NCBI GenBank assembly: GCA_934630495.1
Contig: CAKTVW010000007.1
Coordinates: 1,828-65,827 of the forward strand
Direction of reading: 5' to 3'
From: an uncultured Oscillospiraceae bacterium
GTDB taxonomy: Bacteria > Bacillota > Clostridia > Oscillospirales > Oscillospiraceae
DNA: 64,000 nucleotides
A program made the position numbers and the translations under genes. Below the pieces are notes generated by a model, which saw only the letters and a program-made list of their open reading frames with translations, had not been told where the DNA came from and made no database searches. Within the stretch, counting starts at the first letter, position 1. Every line of letters begins with the position of its first letter. Below are positions 1-8,702 of this stretch, in pieces.

Positions 1-1112
1 TCCTCGAGAAACTCATCCAAAGATCTGTCGCTGTCGAAATACACGAAGCCGCCATTCACAAGCTGACCGTCGTGTTCCTCGGCGAAATACTCTCCAAAGC
101 CGGAGAAGTCGAAGTATTCCTCCATCTCGATGTTCATTCCGTACTCATCCACGTTATCCACAAGGAAGTGCCCGATGTCGGACTCATCCTTTGCATCGGG
201 GAGAAATCCAAACTCTTCGAGATGTTCTGCGACGGCGGCAATGTTGGCGGCACTCTTTACATCGGCAAGCTCAACAGCGGCAGTCAACTTGTTCCAATCC
301 ATATCGCCGGTATCCAGCGAGTGGAGCATCTTGTTTGCCGCATATAGTCCTTCACTGCGAATGATTCCTTCGATACGTTCTTTCCAAGCGTCATAATCTC
401 CGTTATTGAGGCAGAATTTGATTTCACAATCTTGGTCAGACGGAGCACCGAGTCTTGCAAGAGCCTTTTTGATTGCAAGTTCTTCGCCGGGGAGCAGGAG
501 CAGCTCGGTGCGGTCGTTGTAGCTGACCTCCGCACTGGCAAGGGTGCTTTGGTAGTAATACTCGGGGAAGGTCTGTCCATCGTACACCTCGGTCAACTTC
601 TCAAGGGGATTGTAGATGAGCAGCCCTTTTGCAGTGATCTGCGCCAGACCTCGATTGATAAGCTCTTTGCCGATTGCGGCGTATTTCGGATCATCTTCAT
701 CATAGGCGGGGACGGAGCCTTCCGTGTTTAACACATACGCTCTGCCGATCTTTCCGTAGCTGCTGACATCTTGGCACAGCGTGAAGTGGTTCAGATTAAA
801 GGTCAGATTGATGAGATCCTTCACTTCCTTGCTGTCCAGCTTGGAGATGCCAATGAGGAATTGGTCATATTCGAGGGTGTCAAAGCTCTCCATTCTTCTG
901 GCGAGATAGTTCAGCTCATCCAAATTGACGTACCAGTTTTTCAGAGTCGAGAATTCCTCCGGCCAGTAAACCTCCGACACATAGGCTGACTGCGCGGTGT
1001 CCCTGCCTTCGACAGCGTGGATTTCACCGAGCTTTGCGAACAGTTCGCTCTCGCTGATCGGGAAACGAACATCGATCTCGTGACCCGCGTTTCTGATTCT
1101 GATTTTGATCAT
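1..1112 (-). CDS. ArdA-like antirestriction protein (N-terminus complete; C-terminus runs off the left window edge)
   Basis: Absent from the ORF track because no stop lies in the window. Manual reverse translation from ATG (1110-1112) stays open to position 1: MIKIRIRNAGHEIDVRFPISESELFAKLGEIH...YFDFSGFGEYFAEEHDGQLVNGGFVYFD. The FPIsesELfaKlG and YfDfxxfG...G.fV segments resemble the conserved ends of Tn916-type ArdA. Confidence 0.5.
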   Translation of the reverse strand, partial: MIKIRIRNAGHEIDVRFPISESELFAKLGEIHAVEGRDTAQSAYVSEVYWPEEFSTLKNWYVNLDELNYLARRMESFDTLEYDQFLIGISKLDSKEVKDLINLTFNLNHFTLCQDVSSYGKIGRAYVLNTEGSVPAYDEDDPKYAAIGKELINRGLAQITAKGLLIYNPLEKLTEVYDGQTFPEYYYQSTLASAEVSYNDRTELLLLPGEELAIKKALARLGAPSDQDCEIKFCLNNGDYDAWKERIEGIIRSEGLYAANKMLHSLDTGDMDWNKLTAAVELADVKSAANIAAVAEHLEEFGFLPDAKDESDIGHFLVDNVDEYGMNIEMEEYFDFSGFGEYFAEEHDGQLVNGGFVYFDSDRSLDEFLE

Positions 1113-1301
1113 AGATACCATTCCTTTCTGCGCAAATAATGAAAGGACTGCCCTCAAGGATGTGTTCCAAGAGATCAGCCCAATTCATTCTTTATTCTGT
1201 TAGAGAGGATTGCCCCAAAATGTAGGGCAAACCTCTTTTCGTGGGCAGTAGAGTCGTCCTTTCCTTAGGAAGACATACTCGAAAATATTTTTCTTAGAAA
1301 A

Positions 1302-1344
1302 CGAAAAAAGCGGCTTTTGGAAGAAAAAATCCTCCAAAAGCCGC
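1302..1344 (-). terminator. Rho-independent terminator downstream of CDS 1589..2308
   Basis: 12-bp stem GCGGCTTTTGGA/TCCAAAAGCCGC (1310-1344), followed on the minus strand by TTTTTTCG. Confidence 0.6.
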
Positions 1345-1588
1345 CTCGAAACGTTGGGGTCGGTAGTTCAAGTCCTCTCAACAAAGAAAAATTTCTTTTT
1401 GGTTGCACAACATGGCGCGTTGCACCAAAAAAGATAACCCAACATTTTTGATTGCCATAGGCAATTAGTCATCCGTAAATTTGAAGTCAAAAAGATACGT
1501 TTTGGCTTATTTTTATCACCGGGTTTACTGATAGAATAATATTATCAAGATATGATCTGTGATCTGTTCGCTGAGAGAAGTACTAATC

Positions 1589-2308
1589 TCACTTCGTGTT
1601 TATACACAATTTGATTATTCCATCTGCAAACTGCTTCGGGACTAGATGCCGACCATTATTAAACATGCCTCCTTTTTGTTTTAATCCATATAACTGTATG
1701 ATTCGTTTAGCGCGTCTTTCAACTCTACGGATATTCTTTTTCTTTGTTTTTGGCGACTTATTCCGAGAGCGGATAGGAGGAAGATAATATTTCAAATCAG
1801 GCGTGCGCTTGAAAGAATACTTCTGAACATCTGTATTAAAAACTTGAAGCGTCTCCAAGTGCGCATTCTTTTGACATAAGTTTATGCCGTTAGGGATGAT
1901 ATTGAGATAGTCTTGATTGGGAATTTGCATTTTTGCGTATCCAACTCCCAAGCATTTCTTTACTGATATACCATACATTTTCCAAAACAATGCGCGGTTA
2001 AGTCGAATCAGTAAGTCTTCGTTTTTATCGGGGGCGATAGTTCTCTTCAATATGTCGTAAAGACGCACAAGAAAGTAACAACAGTTGTCCCCGCTCTCAG
2101 AAAGAGCAGAAATAACTTCACCTGCATTTCGCACTTCGGAAGGAAAGGAGCACTTTGAAAGATACGCAACTATCGCGTCCTCTACACTACCTGTCGAGGG
2201 GTAAATAGCATCTAGCAATTCGTCAATATATTTATCATCTGTTATAAAATCCAATACGGCTTCAACATCCGAAACAAAATTAAAATTACTGGTTGTTTTA
2301 TCTGCCAT
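1589..2308 (-). CDS. Hypothetical protein (orphan, AT-rich cassette cargo)
   Basis: 239-aa ORF, the only long ORF in a visibly AT-rich 1.5-kb stretch. It has its own downstream terminator and a Lys/Arg-rich C-terminal third (KSPKTKKKNIRRVERRAKR). No family recognised. Confidence 0.55.
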   Translation of the reverse strand: MADKTTSNFNFVSDVEAVLDFITDDKYIDELLDAIYPSTGSVEDAIVAYLSKCSFPSEVRNAGEVISALSESGDNCCYFLVRLYDILKRTIAPDKNEDLLIRLNRALFWKMYGISVKKCLGVGYAKMQIPNQDYLNIIPNGINLCQKNAHLETLQVFNTDVQKYSFKRTPDLKYYLPPIRSRNKSPKTKKKNIRRVERRAKRIIQLYGLKQKGGMFNNGRHLVPKQFADGIIKLCINTK

Positions 2309-2612
2309 ACGACGAGCTCCTTTTACTGTAATAATATGCGACTCAGCAGTCTTTCCAAGTCAATTATTATTATACCATTTTTCGACATAATGGCAATACC
2401 ATTTTGCTATGTGATAGTTGAAAAAAAGGAATTTTAAGTAAGATAGTTAGCGAAATTTCCAAAAAAACAAATCTGTATCTGATTATCAAGCCAGATGCAG
2501 ATTATAAATCAAGTATATTCTGTTGCCCACGTTTTCGCAATATAAGAGATTATGGTATTACGTTGCCATGTCAAAGTCCGAAACTGAGAATCTCAAGCAA
2601 CTAACCACTGAT

Positions 2613-2783
2613 CTACTTGGAGAATTCCTCCGGCCAGTAGACCTCCGTTACATAGGCTGACTGTGCGGCGTCCCTGCCTTCGACAGCGTGGATTTCGCCG
2701 AGCTTTGCGAATAGCTCACTCTCGCTGATCGGGAAGCAAATATCGATCTCGTGATCTGCGTTTCTGATTCTTATTTTGATCAT
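2613..2783 (-). pseudogene. Truncated 56-codon N-terminal copy of the ArdA-like gene
   Basis: 2620-2783 is ~91% identical (15 mismatches in 164 nt by eye) to 949-1112. It translates MIKIRIRNADHEIDICFPISESELFAKLGEIHAVEGRD...EVYWPEEFSK, then hits TAG at 2613-2615 exactly where similarity ends. Its ATG overlaps the stop of the upstream gene (ATGA). Confidence 0.6.
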
Positions 2784-3475
2784 TTCTGAGCGTTCCTTTC
2801 CTTATATTGAATGGCGTCCAAACCGAATCTGCAGATCGCCATAGCGTTGCAGATCAGAGCGAACATCTTGGGCGCTACGAGTTCGGTGTCTGCAAGGTCG
2901 CTGATCGTGATGTGCTTTGTCCCGAGATAGAGATCCTTGGCGCAGCAGAGGAGGGTATATCCGTTCTCGGTGCTGCCCTTCGGCTTGAAGCTCTCGAACT
3001 TGATCTCGTTGCGCTCCACGAACTTTCTGATCTGCATCCAGAGCTTGTGCTCGGCAGTCAGCAGGTAGATCGCCGCCAGCAAAGCGAAGTTTTTCTTGTT
3101 GAGTTTCCGGACGGCCTCGTCAAAAGCCAAGCGGTGTTTTTCATCTCTGAAGTTCATAGGTAGTTCCTCACTTTCTCTGATGAATTGATTGAGCCGTCTG
3201 CGAAAGGCGGCGTTGCGGATGTCCTTCATGGTTTCGGACATGACCTCGGATCTACTTGCTGATCCGGCAAGGATTCGTTCCTCGATGCAGGGACAGCTAT
3301 CGGCTGTGCATTTTCTTTTTCCGCGGTAATATGGGCAGTACCTGCAGTCGCACATTTCTGCCGTGTACTCAAAACGGTGAAGCACCATTATGCCGCCTCC
3401 TTGGGGAAGGAATCTTGGGACGGCTGTCATCATCCGTTCTAATGCTCTTTGCTGGGGTGAATCTGAAAAGATCAT
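2780..3475 (-). CDS. Cys-rich hypothetical protein of the kind found in Firmicutes conjugative/integrative elements
   Basis: ORF 2780..3550, trimmed to the ATG at 3475 preceded by AAAGGAG. MIFSDSPQQRALERMM..., with a CDCRYCPYYRGKRKCTADSCPC cluster. It is translationally coupled to the ArdA-like fragment. Confidence 0.5.
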   Translation of the reverse strand: MIFSDSPQQRALERMMTAVPRFLPQGGGIMVLHRFEYTAEMCDCRYCPYYRGKRKCTADSCPCIEERILAGSASRSEVMSETMKDIRNAAFRRRLNQFIRESEELPMNFRDEKHRLAFDEAVRKLNKKNFALLAAIYLLTAEHKLWMQIRKFVERNEIKFESFKPKGSTENGYTLLCCAKDLYLGTKHITISDLADTELVAPKMFALICNAMAICRFGLDAIQYKERNAQK

Positions 3476-3692
3476 TGTCTTACTCCTTTTCTGTGAAATA
3501 AAAAAGAGCCAACCGTTTCTTTTCAAAACGATTGGCTCCGAGGGCAACAAAAATCGGCAGATAGTGCTTGTGACTATCTGCCGTTCTTGTCCTGTATTCT
3601 GTTGTTACTTGGGTTCGTATCTATCTTCAAAGGGAAAAAGCCGATTTTACATCTACGATTTTGACGCTCTGAAAAACGGCATTTAGGCAGCA

Positions 3693-3719
3693 AAAAAGCC
3701 CGATAAAATCGGGCTTTTT
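3693..3719. terminator. Hairpin terminator after tRNA-Gln(CUG), possibly bidirectional
   Basis: AAAAAGCCCGAT-AAA-ATCGGGCTTTTT, with A and T tracts on both sides. Confidence 0.6.
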
Positions 3720-3749
3720 GCGGGGTACATCTTTTTCGTACCCTCTTGA

Positions 3750-3823
3750 TGGCAGGGGATGAGGGATTCGAACCCCCGCAAACGGAGTCAGAGTCCGGTG
3801 TGCTACCGTTACACAAATCCCCT
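3750..3823 (-). tRNA. tRNA-Gln (anticodon CUG), CCA encoded
   Basis: Reverse complement AGGGGAT...ACCGGACTCTGACTCCGT...GGTTCGAATCC...ATCCCCTGCCA. It has a 7-bp acceptor stem and a TPsiC loop, and resembles canonical bacterial tRNA-Gln. The top anticodon-stem pair is a single C:U mismatch. Confidence 0.88.
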
Positions 3824-3852
3824 AAACCGTTTTGTGCCGAAGCGCATAACTT

Positions 3853-3880
3853 ATTATATGCAGATTTTTGGAAAAGTCAA
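3853..3880 (-). promoter_or_regulatory. Sigma-70-type promoter for tRNA-Gln(CUG)
   Basis: Minus strand TTGACT, 16 nt, TATAAT, about 25 nt upstream of the tRNA 5' end. Confidence 0.5.
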
Positions 3881-4023
3881 GCAGTTTTTTGCTTTTTTCC
3901 GTGATTTCATAAAAAATCATGGACGCGCCGGGTGTCCGGCGGGTCCGACGGCGAAAATACGGCTGATCTCGCCGTTTTCCGACCGTTCCCGTCCCGTAGA
4001 TGGCCCGCCGCTCTGCCCGTTTC

Positions 4024-4872
4024 CTAACCGCCGCGCTCCGGCAGCTCACCGACAAAGGTCCGCAGTGCCGGTCCCGTCAGGTACAGGCCCTCCGGTGTGA
4101 CGTCGACCGTCATGATGCCGCCGTCGTTGACGACACGCGTCGCCCGGCCGCTGACCAAGCCCGCGCGGGAGAGCGCGCAGACCGCCGCGCCGTTGCCCGT
4201 GCCGCAGGCCAGCGTAAAATCCTCCACGCCGCGCTCATAGGTCAGCAGACGGACGGTATTTTCGGCCGTCACGGCGCACAGGTTTACGTTCATTCCCTTT
4301 GGAAAGGCCGGATGCCGCCGCAGTTCTCGGGCAAAGTCGCGCAAAATTGCTCGATCTTCGCTCATATCGACAAGAACCACCCCGTGCGGAATGCCGTTTT
4401 CACCCAGCTCCATGTATTCCAGCGGTCGGAATACGGAGGCTGCCGCTTTCTCTCCCGCCGTGCTCCCCGCCGAAGGTGTCAGTCCGCGCGGAAGCGGACG
4501 GAAGGCTGACGGGTCGTTCAGGCGGATGCGGTAATTCTCCTCGGAGACACGCCGCCCCGTCACAAGCCCCGCTGCAGTCTCGATGCGCTGCTCCGCGCCG
4601 GAGAGGCCGCGATCAAAGCAATGGCGGCAGACACAGCGCGCGCCGTTGCCGCACATCTCGGCGGACGAGCCGTCGTTATTGAAAAAAGCCAGCTTGCAGT
4701 CTCCGCCGTCGGTCGGCGGCTCCAAGATCATCAGGCCGTCGGCTCCGACGGAAAAATGCCGGTCGCACAGGCGGCGGGCCAGCTCCGAATAGTGCGCAGA
4801 CGCAAGCGCGCCGTCAAAATTCTCCACCAGCACGAAGTCGTTTCCCGCGCCGCAATACTTATAAAACCGCAT
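4024..4872 (-). CDS. dapF: Diaminopimelate epimerase
   Basis: 282 aa. MRFYKYCGAGNDFVLV N-terminus, with both catalytic Cys motifs (MCGNGARC and ACGTGNGA). Confidence 0.9.
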   Translation of the reverse strand: MRFYKYCGAGNDFVLVENFDGALASAHYSELARRLCDRHFSVGADGLMILEPPTDGGDCKLAFFNNDGSSAEMCGNGARCVCRHCFDRGLSGAEQRIETAAGLVTGRRVSEENYRIRLNDPSAFRPLPRGLTPSAGSTAGEKAAASVFRPLEYMELGENGIPHGVVLVDMSEDRAILRDFARELRRHPAFPKGMNVNLCAVTAENTVRLLTYERGVEDFTLACGTGNGAAVCALSRAGLVSGRATRVVNDGGIMTVDVTPEGLYLTGPALRTFVGELPERGG

Positions 4873-5761
4873 CGTTCCCTCCGATCAGCTTCGCGCCCTC
4901 GGTATCGACCGTCAGCGCGAGGACCTCCCAGTCCGGACAGGCCTCGGGCAGCGCCGCGCGCAGACGATCGCCCACAGCATCGTTATCCGCGATGCAGAGG
5001 CAGGTCGGTCCCGCACCGGAAATGCAGAAGGCCGTCGCTCCGCACGACCGCGCCGTCTGCTCGGCAAGATCGTAGCCCTCGATCAGGCCCTTTCGGTAGG
5101 GCTGATGAAGGCGGTCGTCCAGAGCAAGCGCAATCATTTCGGTATCGGCCGTTTCCAGCGCGCGGAGCAGCAGCGCCGCATGCGAAACGTTGAACACCGC
5201 GTCGGCAAACGGGACCCGCTGCGGCAAGACGGAACGGGCAAGCTCGGTGCTCAGATGGAAGGGCGGCACCAGTGCGAAGAAGCGCAGACGCTCCGAAAGC
5301 GGGAAACGCGCGGTCACGGGCCGTCCCTCGCGCATCAGGCTTGCCGTCATGCCGCCGTAGAGCGCGGGCGCAAGGTTATCCGGGTGCCCCTCGACGACCG
5401 TGCACAGGCGCAGCATTTCCTCGCGGGAAAACGGATTTCCGTGCAGCGCATTCGCCGCCATCACGCCGCCGATGATCATGGCGGAGCTGGAGCCGAGGCC
5501 CCGGCAGACGGGGATCTGCGCGTCGATATGCAGCGCAAGCGGCTCCATGGGCAGGCCGAGCGCGTCCATTGCATAGCGATAGGCGACAACGGAGAGATTG
5601 TCGCGATTGCGGAACTCCTCGGGACAGCCGTCGATCTCCAAACCGCCGGAGATGATTTCAAATGTATAAGTATTGTAAAGCGAAAACGCACAACCGAACG
5701 AATCAAAGCCCGGGCCGAGGTTCGCCGAAGTCGCCGGTACGCGCAGAGTTACTTTTTCCAT
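4859..5761 (-). CDS. thrB: Homoserine kinase
   Basis: 300 aa with GHMP kinase motifs ATSANLGPGFD and GLGSSSA. Overlaps both neighbouring genes, consistent with an operon. Confidence 0.9.
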   Translation of the reverse strand: MEKVTLRVPATSANLGPGFDSFGCAFSLYNTYTFEIISGGLEIDGCPEEFRNRDNLSVVAYRYAMDALGLPMEPLALHIDAQIPVCRGLGSSSAMIIGGVMAANALHGNPFSREEMLRLCTVVEGHPDNLAPALYGGMTASLMREGRPVTARFPLSERLRFFALVPPFHLSTELARSVLPQRVPFADAVFNVSHAALLLRALETADTEMIALALDDRLHQPYRKGLIEGYDLAEQTARSCGATAFCISGAGPTCLCIADNDAVGDRLRAALPEACPDWEVLALTVDTEGAKLIGGNDAVL

Positions 5762-7200
5762 GATGCGATCCTTTCTTCAACAAAGCGCTGCATCTCCTCC
5801 CGCGCAATGCAGTCGAAATGACGGCGCGGCTTCTGCGGCAGAGCGGCCAGCGCGGGAGGGATCGGTACGCCCGTCAGCGCCGACAGCCGTGCCATCACGG
5901 CAAATTCGTCGCCCGAGGCATCCTCCCCCAGTGCCGACAGCACAGCCGCCGGGAATTTATAGGGCGAAGCCGTCGAGAGCACCACGACGGGCGCGTCGGT
6001 CTGATACTGCTCCGCGACGCTCCAAGCCACAGCGGTATGCGTGTCCATCAGGTAACCGTGCTCGCGCCAGACGCGGCCGATGGTCCGCTTGGTCTGCGCG
6101 TCGTCGCAGCAGCCCCATGCAAATTCGGCATGGAGCCGCTCAAGCAGCGCGGGAGAGACGGTATAAACGCCGTCGGTGCTCAGGCGGCGCATGTATCCGG
6201 CCACCTCTTCGGGATCGCCGCAGAGCAGATACAGCAGCCGCTCCAGATTGCTGGAAACAAGAATGTCCATCGACGGCGAAAGCGTCTTGTAAAACGGGCG
6301 GCGGCGGTCGTAGGTGCCCGTGCGCAGGAAATCGGTAAGCACGTCGTTGGCATTGGACGCGCAGACGAGCTTTCCGACGGGCAGTCCCATGCCCTTAGCC
6401 AGATACCCCGCAAGAATATCTCCGAAATTTCCCGTCGGCACGACGTAATCCACGCGGTCGCCGTCCTTGATGCGCCCGCGCCGAAGCAGATCGGCGTAGG
6501 CCTTAAAATAGTAGACCACCTGCGGCGCAAGGCGGCCGATATTGATGGAATTGGCCGACGACAGGCGCACACCGCAGTTTTTCGGCGCACCGGCCGCAAA
6601 GATCGCCTTTACGCCCGTCTGGGTGTCGTCGAAATTTCCCTTGACCGCGCAGACACAGACATTCTCGCCCTCCTGCGTCACCATCTGCGCCTCCTGCACC
6701 CGCGAAACGCCGTCGGCGGGATAGAAGACGATGATGCGCGTACCGGGCACGTCGCGGAAGCCCGCCAGCGCCGCCTTGCCGGTGTCGCCGGAGGTCGCCG
6801 TCAGGATCAGGATCTCGTCGTCGATCCCCTCCTGCCGCCGCGCGGCGGTGATAAGCTGCGGAAGCATCGAAAGCGCCACGTCCTTAAACGCCGAGGTCGG
6901 CCCGCGAAACAGCTCCAGCACATAGCGATCACCGACCGGCACCAGCGGCGTCAGTTCGTCCGTCTCGAATTTTCCGGCGTAGGCGCGCCGCACAAGCTCG
7001 TGCATATCCTTGAAATCCGGCAGGAGCGCGGACAGGATCGCCTCGGCCATCCCCTGCGCGTCCATTTTCAGTATCGTCTCCCGGTCGATCCGAACGGGCT
7101 GCGACGCAACATACAGTCCGCCGTCGGGGGCAAGGCCCTGCAAAACTGCCTGCGTCGAGTCGGCGGTGACCGCCGCATTTCGGGTACTCTGATAGTTCAT
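5749..7200 (-). CDS. thrC: Threonine synthase (long form)
   Basis: ORF 5749..7356, trimmed to the ATG at 7200 (AAGGAG, 6 nt, ATG). MNYQSTRN..., with PLP-lysine context GPTSAFKDVAL. Confidence 0.88.
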   Translation of the reverse strand: MNYQSTRNAAVTADSTQAVLQGLAPDGGLYVASQPVRIDRETILKMDAQGMAEAILSALLPDFKDMHELVRRAYAGKFETDELTPLVPVGDRYVLELFRGPTSAFKDVALSMLPQLITAARRQEGIDDEILILTATSGDTGKAALAGFRDVPGTRIIVFYPADGVSRVQEAQMVTQEGENVCVCAVKGNFDDTQTGVKAIFAAGAPKNCGVRLSSANSINIGRLAPQVVYYFKAYADLLRRGRIKDGDRVDYVVPTGNFGDILAGYLAKGMGLPVGKLVCASNANDVLTDFLRTGTYDRRRPFYKTLSPSMDILVSSNLERLLYLLCGDPEEVAGYMRRLSTDGVYTVSPALLERLHAEFAWGCCDDAQTKRTIGRVWREHGYLMDTHTAVAWSVAEQYQTDAPVVVLSTASPYKFPAAVLSALGEDASGDEFAVMARLSALTGVPIPPALAALPQKPRRHFDCIAREEMQRFVEERIASWKK

Positions 7201-7487
7201 GTGCATCTCCTTAATTATAACGCATTGCGTCCGGTCCTGCGCCAACGGTTTCATGTGCGGCACGAGTTCGCTCTTTTTCCGCACCCGGAAGCCGCGCGGA
7301 GCCGGGATTTCCGTCTCTTTTTCTCCTCCGAGGCGGCAAAAAATGCGCCGCGGCAAGGCTTTCGGATGTTTTTCGGCACATTCAAAACTAATTCTTGCGT
7401 TTTTTCACACACTATGATATACTGTTTTTCAGAAAAATGCAAGTGTTTTTCTGGCGCGGACACTTGCTTGCAGAGGAAGGTAATATT

Positions 7488-8648
7488 ATGGAACAGAAAT
7501 GTCGGCCGATGCGGATCGCGCTGCTGGGACTGGGGACAGTCGGGCGCGGTGTTTATGACTACGTTACCGAGCGCAGCGACATGGAGCTTGCGTATGTAAT
7601 GAGTCTGACGCTGTTTGACGGCATCACCTGCCCCGTGGCAGACAATATCGAGCAGATCTTAGCCGACGACAGCGTTGACACCGTGATCGAGGTCATCGGC
7701 GGACTGCACCCGGCCTATGAATGGGTCACCGCCGCGCTGAAGGCGGGCAAAAACGTCATTACCGCCAACAAGCTCCTCATTGCGGCGCACTACCGCGAGC
7801 TGGTAGAGCTGGCGCAGGCAAACGGCGCCGCGCTGCGGTGCACGGCGGCGGCAGGCGGCGGCATCCCGTGGCTGACGGCGCTGGAGCGCACGCTGCATTC
7901 CGAGCCGATCGTCCGCATCAGCGGCATCATGAACGGCACGACGAATTTTATTCTCGACACCATGCACAGCTCCGGCGGCAGCTTTTCCGACGCCTTGGCC
8001 GAGGCACAGCGTCTGGGCTACGCCGAGCGCGACCCGTCGGCGGACATCAGCGGCGCAGACATCCGCCGCAAGCTGGTGATCTCGTCGAACATCGCCTACG
8101 GCCGCGTCATTGATGAAAATGAAGTCGACGTGTTCGGTATCGAGAGCATTACCGACCGCGACATCGCCGCTTTCCGCAGAATGCAGCGCGTATGTAAGCT
8201 GTTCGCGGCCTCCCGCCGACTGGAAAACGGCGTAGTCGCCTACATTGAGCCGACGCTGATGACCGCCGCCATGCCAGAATCCGCCATTCCGTCCAACAAC
8301 AATATCATTTCTCTGACGGGACGGCGCATCGGCAAGCAGAGCTTTTACGGCCAGGGAGCAGGTCGGTACCCCACGGCATATAATGTATTGCAGGACTGTG
8401 TGGACGTCAGCCGCGGCCTGCGCGGTTTTTACACCGATCGGCTGGAGCCGAGCTTTGTCGACAACAGCTCCGTCGAGCGGCAGTACTATGTCCGCACCAA
8501 CGGGATGGACAAATGGCTGCAATCGCGCGTTGACAAATTGCTGGATTGCGGTATAATAACTAAGGCTGTGTCTGTCAGCGAGATACATGCATGGGCACGG
8601 GAGCGCAAGGCCGCAGACTCCGGCTGCTTTATCGCCTCGCTGCGCTGA
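7488..8648 (+). CDS. hom: Homoserine dehydrogenase
   Basis: ORF 7395..8648, trimmed to the ATG at 7488 after GAGGAAGG. It has the LLGLGTVGRGVY nucleotide-binding N-terminus and sits next to aspartate kinase and asd. Confidence 0.85.
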   Translation: MEQKCRPMRIALLGLGTVGRGVYDYVTERSDMELAYVMSLTLFDGITCPVADNIEQILADDSVDTVIEVIGGLHPAYEWVTAALKAGKNVITANKLLIAAHYRELVELAQANGAALRCTAAAGGGIPWLTALERTLHSEPIVRISGIMNGTTNFILDTMHSSGGSFSDALAEAQRLGYAERDPSADISGADIRRKLVISSNIAYGRVIDENEVDVFGIESITDRDIAAFRRMQRVCKLFAASRRLENGVVAYIEPTLMTAAMPESAIPSNNNIISLTGRRIGKQSFYGQGAGRYPTAYNVLQDCVDVSRGLRGFYTDRLEPSFVDNSSVERQYYVRTNGMDKWLQSRVDKLLDCGIITKAVSVSEIHAWARERKAADSGCFIASLR

Positions 8649-8702
8649 TCGGTCGAATCGGACCGTGCGCAGCGGAAAACCGCGATATTTTAAGGAGAAA
8701 AT

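Noticed and set aside
284-989. Several 70-100-aa ORFs in the track within the first kilobase (for example 284..580, 432..731 and 771..989).
   Set aside because: All lie inside, or antisense to, the continuous minus-strand ArdA-like reading frame that runs from 1112 to the window edge.
3750-3823. C:U mismatch at the top of the anticodon stem of tRNA-Gln(CUG), raising the question of a pseudo-tRNA created by element integration.
   Set aside because: All other features are canonical: a 7-bp acceptor stem, D and T arms, CCA, and its own promoter and terminator. A single 27:43 mismatch is tolerated in functional tRNAs.
7201-7487. Divergent thrC/hom intergenic region inspected for a T-box or amino-acid riboswitch.
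   Set aside because: No T-box core (GGTGGTACCGCG-like) or recognisable riboswitch consensus is present on either strand. Only generic GC hairpins were seen.
5818-7599. Very long plus-strand ORF (593 aa) opposite thrC. Similar giants lie opposite the KS-CLF gene (15201..17789), the ABC-F gene (46890..48665), alaS (52703..55420) and comEC (50046..51278, 51303..52388).
   Set aside because: These are shadow ORFs typical of high-GC DNA. The translations are Arg/Ala/Gly/Pro-rich low-complexity sequence with no motifs. The opposite strand carries unmistakable conserved genes with RBSs.
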